Part shown: positions 39,774 through 47,384 of the stretch, piece by piece
How positions within the stretch are numbered: position 1 is the first letter of the stretch
How the letters are laid out: every line of letters begins with the position of its first letter
NCBI GenBank assembly: GCA_964354985.1
Contig: CAYHBR010000004.1
Span: forward strand, 1 to 63,293
Direction: 5' to 3'
Source of the DNA: an uncultured Candidatus Saccharibacteria bacterium
GTDB lineage: Bacteria; Patescibacteriota; Minisyncoccia; Phycocordibacterales; UBA9973
Length of the DNA stretch: 63,293 nucleotides
Notes under the pieces: generated by a model
What the model saw: only the letters and a program-made list of their open reading frames with translations
Databases searched by the model: none
Told to the model about the DNA's origin: nothing
Program-made: the position numbers and the translations under genes

Positions 39774-39837
39774 ATCTTTAAGAATTTTTCCAAGTATAGA
39801 CTTATCACTTCAGAATGCAATAGGTTATAATAGCCAT

Positions 39838-40464
39838 ATGAACAAATTCACCCCAAAAACATTCTCCATTCCGGAGCTCAAAGGTATTTCAGCCAAGACC
39901 GTTGGCGAACACATAAAATTGTACGAGGGCTATGTTGCGAACGCCAACACAATACTTGCCAAAGTCGAGGAATACAACAAAAACACAGCAGAGAACGGCT
40001 ACATCCTCGGCGAACTCATGCGTCGTTTCTCTTTTGAGTGGAACGGCATGAAAAACCATGAGAAATATTTTGCCTTACTCGAGGGTGGTGCCACTGCTAT
40101 TTCGTCTGGCATATCGCCTTCATCCGACAACTCGGTTGGCAGCACTGCTGGCAGCACGCTCGAAAATGCCATCAAAGAAACTTGGGGTTCTGTTGAAAAT
40201 TTTCTTGCTCGATTCAAGTTACTCGCACTTACTCGCGGTATTGGTTGGGCAATGCTCTCGCGCGATATTAACGGCAAACTTTTCCTGCATTGGGTAGACG
40301 AACAACATCTCGGGCAACTTCAAGATACGACACCTGTTGTGGCGCTCGATATGTGGGAACACTCATTTGTCGCTGACTATCAACCTTCTGGCAAGAAACA
40401 ATACATCGAAGATTTTTTCGCAAATCTAAACTGGAAAGTCGCCGAGCAGTTTTTTACGGAGTAA
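39838..40464 (+). CDS. sodA: Fe/Mn superoxide dismutase family protein
   Basis: GEHIKLYEGYV, WNGMKNHEKYF and DMWEHSFVADY (the D..H metal ligands). It carries a Ser/Gly-rich insertion (ISSGISPSSDNSVGSTAGS). Confidence 0.78.
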   Translation: MNKFTPKTFSIPELKGISAKTVGEHIKLYEGYVANANTILAKVEEYNKNTAENGYILGELMRRFSFEWNGMKNHEKYFALLEGGATAISSGISPSSDNSVGSTAGSTLENAIKETWGSVENFLARFKLLALTRGIGWAMLSRDINGKLFLHWVDEQHLGQLQDTTPVVALDMWEHSFVADYQPSGKKQYIEDFFANLNWKVAEQFFTE

Positions 40465-40531
40465 ATATTAATATAGAAAATTGAAATAAAAAAACCTCCA
40501 GTAAGAAGGTTCTTTGAACTAATTTTATTAT

Positions 40532-40855
40532 TCAATCTATTAACGATTTCCATTTTTTAATGTAATTCGAGACCCTGCTGGACTCATACCTGATTCCACT
40601 AGTACTAGACGCTTCGTAAACTAGTTTTTTTCTATCTTGCTTAAAGGAATCATCTGTGTGAGCCATTATTGTCTGCAGAAACTCAAGTTTTGTAATAATC
40701 TCAATTGGAATTCTTTGTTCTTCACGCAACCTGTTTGTCTGGGAATATAATTTCTCCCCATGCGGAGTAATTAATGATTCAATCTCGGTTACCCATTTTT
40801 TAATTAGAGATACACTCGTTCCGTTTATATGATTTTCCATATCTTTTTTAAACAA
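40532..40855 (-). CDS. hypothetical protein
   Basis: 107-aa ORF with no recognised family. Confidence 0.4.
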   Translation of the reverse strand: MFKKDMENHINGTSVSLIKKWVTEIESLITPHGEKLYSQTNRLREEQRIPIEIITKLEFLQTIMAHTDDSFKQDRKKLVYEASSTSGIRYESSRVSNYIKKWKSLID

Positions 40856-40893
40856 CTATACATTTAATTTTACCAATGTCAATTTATTGTATT

Positions 40894-42558
40894 CTAAAGC
40901 CTTTTCCACCCAAACGGATCAAACTTGTAAAACAAGAAAATATACATGAGTGCCATCGCCCAAAATGGTGTCGATAGTGGGATGGCTGCCAACGGTATTT
41001 TCGTTGAGTAGTGAATAATGCCGAGAATCGTACCAGAGATGGCCGAAGCGATGAGCGCAAAAGGCATGGCGAGCGGTAAAAAGACAATGCCGATGAGCGC
41101 GACTATTGTCGTGAAAGCCATAAGGTATGGCACAAAAGGTAAAACCGCAATGTTGGTGAGCGGGCTGACGAGCGACAGCACACCGGTTTTGAAAAGAATA
41201 AATGGCAAGACGAATATTTGCGTGCCGATCGTTCCGGTTGCTATTTCGCGCCACGGCAAACCGAATTTTTCTTTTGGTAGCCACATAAACCAATGTGCGA
41301 CACGTGGTGAAAAATAAATGACGCCGACAGTGGCAATGAAAGAAAGCTGACACGAGACATCGTAGTAAAGTGTGTAAGGGTTTATCGCGGTCATGACGAA
41401 ACCAGCCAGCAAAAGCACGAGACCGATATTCGCCTGTCTACCTTTGGCTTTGGCAAAGAGCACTATGCAACCCATAATCCCCGCTCGCACGGCACTCGAC
41501 TGGAGGCCAGTCATGACAACAAAAAGAATAATCGCAAGTCCGCCCATCGCGAGCGCGCCAGTGAGTGGCAGGAAAGAAAAAAGTTCACGAAAAAAATTGG
41601 CAACAATGCTGACATTGTAACCAGAGAGCGCGATGATGTGCGTCGTACCAGTCGTGATAAATTCCTCGCGATTTTCTTTGGTGATTTGTTTGTCGCCGAG
41701 AAGCACGCCGCTCGAGAGGCTTCCTTTCATTCCTGGCACGAGTGTTTTGATAACATCTTCGAGATTACTTTCAAACTTTTGAAGTACGCGCAAAACAGGA
41801 TTGCCTTTTTTGGTTTCAGTCACGGTTATGGTTTTGGCTTTGACGATGGCGAGTATGCCGTCTTTTTTTAGAAAATTTGGATAGTCGAACATTCCGCCAG
41901 TTGTCGTTTCAAATGGTTCTGGTTTTTCGAGTTTGCCGGTGACTCGCAAGATATCGCCATATGAATAGTCTTTGCTCTCGCTGTCGCGGATTTGGAATTT
42001 TATTTTCTGGATATTATTACTACTTATATTATTACTTACATTTTTTTTATTGTTTTCGCTGGCGAGATTTTCTTTATTATTTCTTATACTTCCCTTCATG
42101 ATGAATTGGCTACCATTAGTTCCGGCTTCAGACGAAGCCACAACCATGCCGACGAGTTCGATGTTTTGCTCAAACTGGAGCGTTGCGATTTTCTTATTAA
42201 CATTGTTTTCTGTGATAGAAAAACGAAACATCGCCAGCCCGGCGCAAATGAAAAAAATAATGTAGACGCGTTTCGAGCGATTGGATTTTATTTTGTTCTG
42301 TTTCGCGTCAGAATTTTCCGCACTTTCTATTTTTGTGTGTTCTTTTCTCCTGCTCGGCCAAAGTAAAATGCCGATTGCAATTGCAATCGGCATTATGTAT
42401 AGAAAACTATTTCGGAAGAGACTGGCTGTTAGTATTCCGGCGAGCCAACCGGCAATTCCAACTTTTACTAGACTGACTTCACCTGTTCTGATTTTAACTT
42501 GAACCAGTTTTTCTTTAACTCTCTCCTTCCTTAAATTACTATCTTCCCTTCTGTCCAC
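40894..42558 (-). CDS. comEC: ComEC/Rec2 DNA internalisation channel protein (no metallo-beta-lactamase domain)
   Basis: N-terminal OB/DUF4131-like part plus a polytopic competence domain (TGTTHIIALSGYNVSIV). GTG start; the exact start is uncertain. Confidence 0.8.
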   Translation of the reverse strand: MDRREDSNLRKERVKEKLVQVKIRTGEVSLVKVGIAGWLAGILTASLFRNSFLYIMPIAIAIGILLWPSRRKEHTKIESAENSDAKQNKIKSNRSKRVYIIFFICAGLAMFRFSITENNVNKKIATLQFEQNIELVGMVVASSEAGTNGSQFIMKGSIRNNKENLASENNKKNVSNNISSNNIQKIKFQIRDSESKDYSYGDILRVTGKLEKPEPFETTTGGMFDYPNFLKKDGILAIVKAKTITVTETKKGNPVLRVLQKFESNLEDVIKTLVPGMKGSLSSGVLLGDKQITKENREEFITTGTTHIIALSGYNVSIVANFFRELFSFLPLTGALAMGGLAIILFVVMTGLQSSAVRAGIMGCIVLFAKAKGRQANIGLVLLLAGFVMTAINPYTLYYDVSCQLSFIATVGVIYFSPRVAHWFMWLPKEKFGLPWREIATGTIGTQIFVLPFILFKTGVLSLVSPLTNIAVLPFVPYLMAFTTIVALIGIVFLPLAMPFALIASAISGTILGIIHYSTKIPLAAIPLSTPFWAMALMYIFLFYKFDPFGWKRL

Positions 42559-43355
42559 GACGCAATTATATTCGCCTCTTCAGCTTCTGACAATGCCTTT
42601 TTAAATTTCGCACCACTTTTTCCTTTGACTCGCGCTTCACAGTCAACCCAAGTGCGATGTGTTTCAATCATTCCGCCGACCATCGAGACATACGAATACG
42701 CTGGTGTCATGCTCCGAGTTTTTTGCTCTTTGCTTTTTGATTTTTTTTCTGGTGACGCGGGGCGGTCTGCGACAGTGTCTCCGAGCAATCGTTCGTAGTC
42801 TTTTTTATTTCCCAAAAATAAAAGAATACGGTCACCGTCAGCAAAAGCAGTCGCAATCATATCGGCACGTTCGTTGCCAAGCACACCAGAGTGACCAGAA
42901 ACTTTGGTAAATGTGAGTTCGATTTTTGACTTAAAATACCAGACGAGCTGGTACATCGGTTCCCAAATATCCTTGTTGGCAACCGGCGAACCATCGGCAG
43001 TTTGCCAATTGTTTTTAAACCAGCCATATACCCATTTAGTGATACCGTTTAGTACATAGGCCGAATCAGAATTGATCTCGACTGTCGTTACTGCTCCAAC
43101 CGCCGATGTGCCGTTTGTTGTCGTGCTGTTTGTTGCTGTGCCGTTTGTTGTCGTGCTGTTTGTTGCTGTGCCGATATGGTCGCGAATGTATTCGAGTGCC
43201 CGTAAGACCGCCGTAAGTTCCATGCGGTTATTGGTCGTATGCGCATCAGCACCGCCTATCTCGACGACTTTGTGGCTCGAAAACTCCATAGTCGCCGCCC
43301 AGCCACCCGGACCAGGATTGCCACGCGACGAGCCGTCGGTATAGATAGTTATCAT
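42531..43355 (-). CDS. rnhA: ribonuclease HI with a Thr/Asn-rich internal insertion and a C-terminal hybrid-binding (Cauli_VI-like) domain
   Basis: MITIYTDGSSRGNPGPGGWAA, NNRMELTAVLRALE, INSDSAYV, GHSGVLGNERAD. The C-terminal segment YSYVSMVGG..THRTWVDCEARVKGKSGAKFKKALSEAEEA has the HBD pattern. ATG at 43355 is preferred to the GTG at 43364. Confidence 0.88.
   Translation of the reverse strand: MITIYTDGSSRGNPGPGGWAATMEFSSHKVVEIGGADAHTTNNRMELTAVLRALEYIRDHIGTATNSTTTNGTATNSTTTNGTSAVGAVTTVEINSDSAYVLNGITKWVYGWFKNNWQTADGSPVANKDIWEPMYQLVWYFKSKIELTFTKVSGHSGVLGNERADMIATAFADGDRILLFLGNKKDYERLLGDTVADRPASPEKKSKSKEQKTRSMTPAYSYVSMVGGMIETHRTWVDCEARVKGKSGAKFKKALSEAEEANIIASWTEGKIVI
43111..43170. repeat. perfect 30-bp tandem duplication inside rnhA
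   Basis: ccgtttgttgtcgtgctgtttgttgctgtg occurs twice (43111-43140 and 43141-43170). It encodes TATNSTTTNG twice. Confidence 0.95.
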
Positions 43356-43382
43356 ATTCTTCACACCAGCATTCTATACAAT

Positions 43383-44378
43383 TTATGAAGATTTGGAAAT
43401 AAGGTTCAAAATAAGTTTAACGATTTTGTCTTTATCGCTCGGATTGCTTTCCGCAACAAGAACCGTGACAGCAGTGAGAGCAGACGGAGTCATTTTTTTG
43501 ATATTGAGAATTCCCTCTTGTTGAAGTAGCCAAACAAAAGCAAAAGCACCCGAGCGTTTGTTGCCGTCTGTGTAAGGATGATTTTTAACCATAAAATACA
43601 AAAGGTGCGCAGCCTTTTCTTCGACTGTCGGATAAAGTTCTTTGCCACCAAATGATTGCATGACATTGCCGACTATGCCCGAAACATTTCCGGCACTTCT
43701 TTCGTTGCCGAAAATATCAGTTGCCTCACCTTTTTCAATCAGAGTTTTGCGAAGCTCAAACAAATCTTTTGAAATTTTATCTGAAGTAAGTCCGACTTTC
43801 TTTTTCGTGAGCTTGGCTTTCGGCAAAAGCTCTTGGTCGTACGCATCGAGCGACAGCCAAGTGTCGGCAAAAAGCGAAATAAGCTCTACGGCATCTTTTG
43901 GACTAACAGCCGAACCAATTGGTAAAAGTTTTTTTACTTCATCGACAATACCAAGAAAATGAGTGTAATTTTTGGCAATTTGTTTTTTGTTCACAACAAA
44001 GCCGTCGACAATATAGCTACGGAGGGTTTTTGTGGCCCAAATACGGAAGCTTGTTCCCATTTTTGAATTTACTCGATAGCCAACTGCAATAATAGCGTCT
44101 AAGTTGTAAAATTTAATATTTCTTTCAACTTGCCTGTTTCCTTCAATTTGAACTTGTAATGATTCCTTACAAGTTGCTTTTATCTCCAACTCTTTGTCTT
44201 TAAAAATATTATTCAAGTGAAGTGTCACGTTTTGAGGAGTAACCTCAAATAACTGGGCAATCTGCGCCTGTGTTGCCCAAAAAGTCTCGCGCGTAAAGTC
44301 ACCACGCAGTTCAATAGCTCCGTTTTTGGCTTGGTAAATAATTACGTTTTTATTTTGATTCAACTGCTTCTTTTTCAT
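43383..44378 (-). CDS. Fic/Doc-family protein with an N-terminal RhuM-like DNA-binding domain
   Basis: The N-terminus (WATQAQIAQLFEVTPQNVTLHLNNIFKDKEL...FYNLDAIIAVGYRVNSKMGTSFRIWATKTL) is paralogous to 45173..46207. The C-terminus carries the Doc-type motif HPYTDGNKRSG. ATG at 44378. Confidence 0.75.
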   Translation of the reverse strand: MKKKQLNQNKNVIIYQAKNGAIELRGDFTRETFWATQAQIAQLFEVTPQNVTLHLNNIFKDKELEIKATCKESLQVQIEGNRQVERNIKFYNLDAIIAVGYRVNSKMGTSFRIWATKTLRSYIVDGFVVNKKQIAKNYTHFLGIVDEVKKLLPIGSAVSPKDAVELISLFADTWLSLDAYDQELLPKAKLTKKKVGLTSDKISKDLFELRKTLIEKGEATDIFGNERSAGNVSGIVGNVMQSFGGKELYPTVEEKAAHLLYFMVKNHPYTDGNKRSGAFAFVWLLQQEGILNIKKMTPSALTAVTVLVAESNPSDKDKIVKLILNLISKSS

Positions 44379-44422
44379 GTTGAGATATTGTACTCTTTTT
44401 ATTTTTGAAGACAAATATCTAA

Positions 44423-44455
44423 GCAAAACAAAACCCGCATGAAGCGGGTTTTTGC
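44423..44455 (-). terminator. intrinsic terminator
   Basis: gcaaaacaaaacccgc-atgaa-gcgggtttttgc. It is nearly identical to the hairpin at 46256-46289. Confidence 0.8.
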
Positions 44456-44473
44456 AATATTAATACTTATTCA

Positions 44474-44980
44474 TTAAGAGTTTCTAGACCACCAATCAAA
44501 AATCAAAAAGCGGTGGTGACAAATTATGTGAGTACCAGTGCCTAGACTTCCTCCCTCAGAATAAACAGACGTACATCTCATCCTTGCTGACGGATTATTA
44601 GTTACAACCACTCCACCCGATGCCAATATATCAGTAGCATAAGCAATCATTTTTTTAGAAAGCTCTACTGAACCTTTTGGAATGCTTGAAAAAAGTAAGC
44701 ACGAGCCATCTTCTGCCAAAACACCCCATTCAAAAATTCCTTGCTTATTTAATACTTTACATTTTTCTGACTCAGACATAGGAGGGAATTTTACTTTTAG
44801 ATCTGGGATAATACCATCAAAATAAATAGTAGGGTTACTATTTAAAGCTACCTTACTACTCAAAGCCACCGCCCCAGCATTTTCTGTTTTGGCTGGAGTC
44901 TTAAATTTGTAACCGATAACACCTCCGACGACAATACCCAAGATAACAAGCACTACTAATGTTGTCTTTTTATTATTCAT
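44474..44980 (-). CDS. membrane-anchored hypothetical protein
   Basis: 168 aa with an N-terminal TM (TTLVVLVILGIVVGGVIGY). Confidence 0.5.
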   Translation of the reverse strand: MNNKKTTLVVLVILGIVVGGVIGYKFKTPAKTENAGAVALSSKVALNSNPTIYFDGIIPDLKVKFPPMSESEKCKVLNKQGIFEWGVLAEDGSCLLFSSIPKGSVELSKKMIAYATDILASGGVVVTNNPSARMRCTSVYSEGGSLGTGTHIICHHRFLIFDWWSRNS

Positions 44981-44995
44981 AATGCCTAAAGTGTA

Positions 44996-45005
44996 CCCCC
45001 CCCCC
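44996..45005. repeat. C10/G10 homopolymer tract
   Basis: Ten consecutive C (plus strand), 16 nt upstream of the ATG of 44474..44980 (minus strand). It lies in the divergent gap facing the RhuM gene. Confidence 0.95.
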
Positions 45006-45172
45006 GATATGTATCGTCAAGAGAAGTTATGCACAGGGCGATTATTACTAAATATAAGTATTGGAGAAACGAGTTAATAAATTTTATAATTATTAATACT
45101 GAATAGAGCAAAATTTTCGCATTGTCTTTTATTAAAAAACCAAGTAACATTGCCAATATAGACAGAAGAAAT

Positions 45173-46207
45173 ATGGATAAAAATAACTTGGGACAAAAAA
45201 ATACTACTGCCCAATTCCTCATATTCACTACCGAAACAGGAGAGCCGAAAATCGAGGTTCGTATTGAGGGCGAAATGGTATGGCTGAGCCAGAAGCTCAT
45301 GGCAGAGCTTTTTGATGTGGACATTCGCACTATTAGCGAACATCTACAAAATATCTTTAAAAGCCGGGAATTGATCGAAGATTCAGCTGTCCGGAATTTC
45401 CGGATAGTTCAAAATGAGGGGAAAAGAGAGGTTTCAAGGGAAATTGAGCACTACAACCTTGACGCAGTTATTGCTGTGGGTTATAGGGTAAACTCCAAGA
45501 GAGCCACACATTTCCGTATTTGGGCAACCCATGTCCTACGTGATTTTATAATAAAAGGGTTTGCACTTGATGATGAACGCCTCAAGCAAGGTAAAAAATT
45601 ATTTAATGTTGATTACTTCCGAGAGTTGCTCGAACGAGTTCGATCAATCCGCTCGAGCGAACGCCGTATCTATCAGCAGATTACCGACATCTTTGCCGAA
45701 TGCAGTATTGACTACGACCCTGATTCTCGTATCACGCATGACTTTTACGCGATGGTTCAAAATAAATTTCACTTCGCTATCACAGGCAAAACTGCGCCTG
45801 AAATAATCCATAGCAAGGCAGATGCAACATTGCCGAATATAGGTCTCTCGACATGGAAGAAATCCCCTACTGGCAGAATACTCCAATCCGACGTCACTAT
45901 CGCCAAGAACTATTTGGAAGAAAAAGACATCAAACAACTCGAAAGGACGGTTACGGGATTTTTCGACTATATTGAAGGCCTTATAGAACGAAGCAATACA
46001 TTTACTATGAAAGAATTTGCCGCGAGCGTTGATAAATTCCTGACTTTTAATGAATACGAGGTTCTTAATGGGAAAGGCCTGATATCGAAAGCTGACGCTG
46101 ATGAAAAGGCGATTTCAGAATACAGAGAATTCAATAAGCACCAGAAGATCGAATCGGACTTCGACAAAGAAGTTAAGAAACTTATTGACGAGAATAAGCC
46201 TGAATAA
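45173..46207 (+). CDS. RhuM-family protein
   Basis: VWLSQKLMAELFDVDIRTISEHLQNIFKSREL...HYNLDAVIAVGYRVNSKRATHFRIWATHVLRDFIIKGF...YFRELLERVRSIRSSERRIYQQITDIF. ATG at 45173 is preferred to the TTG at 45122. Confidence 0.8.
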   Translation: MDKNNLGQKNTTAQFLIFTTETGEPKIEVRIEGEMVWLSQKLMAELFDVDIRTISEHLQNIFKSRELIEDSAVRNFRIVQNEGKREVSREIEHYNLDAVIAVGYRVNSKRATHFRIWATHVLRDFIIKGFALDDERLKQGKKLFNVDYFRELLERVRSIRSSERRIYQQITDIFAECSIDYDPDSRITHDFYAMVQNKFHFAITGKTAPEIIHSKADATLPNIGLSTWKKSPTGRILQSDVTIAKNYLEEKDIKQLERTVTGFFDYIEGLIERSNTFTMKEFAASVDKFLTFNEYEVLNGKGLISKADADEKAISEYREFNKHQKIESDFDKEVKKLIDENKPE

Positions 46208-46255
46208 TTTATCTCAATTATTTTGCCTCAGTAGATTAATGTGGCGAGATTGTGC

Positions 46256-46289
46256 AAAACAAAACCCGCTTGAAGCGGGTTTTTTGTTT
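46256..46289. terminator. bidirectional terminator
   Basis: aaaacaaaacccgc-ttgaa-gcgggttttttgttt, between convergent genes. Confidence 0.8.
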
Positions 46290-46312
46290 AATAAAATTTT
46301 CTTATGTTCTAA

Positions 46313-47296
46313 CTACATTAAACTATCAATAAGTGCATCGAGACCTGCGTTGAAATTATCTTGATTTGCATGACACTGAATAACTACTGGTTCAGTTGGA
46401 CCACCGTACACACCGCAACTTTGATACAAAAGAGAAAAGGTTGTTGTCTTTGTACCACTTCCATTTGCTGTGGTATATGTATAAGTAAAACCATAGCCAC
46501 CTGCGTAGCCATCACCGCCCTTACTAACACAATAAGTTCTTGTACCAATCACTCTTTGAGATGCAACCGTTGGCGTATCACCTCCCGTGCTTCCTGTTGC
46601 GCAAGAAAATGCCGTCAATGAATTCTGGATTATTGGAGGCCATGAATTAAATGCTGTACCAATGTATTGCGGTAGTGTGGTTGAAATTGGTGGATGAGGA
46701 ACAACGTTTATAGTAAATAATCCGTTTGAGTAGTCATACGGACCGTATCCCGAACCAACATGAGTTGCGTCACCTGTGCCCATAATAGTAAGGAAGTAAT
46801 GCTGACCAGGTGTTAGGTTTGTATTGGAACTTGGGGGCAAAGTAATGACCTCGCTTCCATCATCCGCCAAACCAACATAAGGGTTTATCCCACCAAGAGT
46901 AAATCCAGAATAATCACCTTCTATTTGACTCTGTGTGTATGGGGTATTGCCTGTGCGCTTTACAAGGGCAACACCGATTGTATTAGGGTCGATGTTGCAA
47001 CCCTTCCATTTAACCGTAATTTGTTGTCCTGCTTGGTATACTTCGCCACCATTTGGGGAAATCAACCGAATGGTTGTTGGGGAGTTAGCATTACAAGCAG
47101 TTTGCTGTGGCTGATTTTGATTAGAATTATTTTGTGTGGTATTTGTATTCGTAGCTTGTGTATTTTGATCCTGATTAATCAAGGAATTACTTTTGTTATT
47201 CTTCCCAACAAAATACGCACCTGCTCCAACCACCAAAACCGCAACGATTATTAAAATCACGGCAATAGGAGAAAAGCCCTTATTATATTTATTCAT
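46313..47296 (-). CDS. membrane-anchored secreted protein with a Q/N/T-rich linker and an SPNGGE-type domain (paralogue of 58845..59987)
   Basis: MNKYNKGFSPIAVILIIVAVLVVGAGAYF anchor, a low-complexity QNTQATNTNTTQNNSNQNQPQQ linker, then IRLISPNGGEVYQAGQQITVKWKGCN. Confidence 0.6.
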   Translation of the reverse strand: MNKYNKGFSPIAVILIIVAVLVVGAGAYFVGKNNKSNSLINQDQNTQATNTNTTQNNSNQNQPQQTACNANSPTTIRLISPNGGEVYQAGQQITVKWKGCNIDPNTIGVALVKRTGNTPYTQSQIEGDYSGFTLGGINPYVGLADDGSEVITLPPSSNTNLTPGQHYFLTIMGTGDATHVGSGYGPYDYSNGLFTINVVPHPPISTTLPQYIGTAFNSWPPIIQNSLTAFSCATGSTGGDTPTVASQRVIGTRTYCVSKGGDGYAGGYGFTYTYTTANGSGTKTTTFSLLYQSCGVYGGPTEPVVIQCHANQDNFNAGLDALIDSLM

Positions 47297-47384
47297 ATGT
47301 ATAATACTACCCCCACCGAAACATTTTGCAATGGAAAAAATTTATTATAACAACTAAGCGCGTGGTAGTGATAAATTTTTTTGA

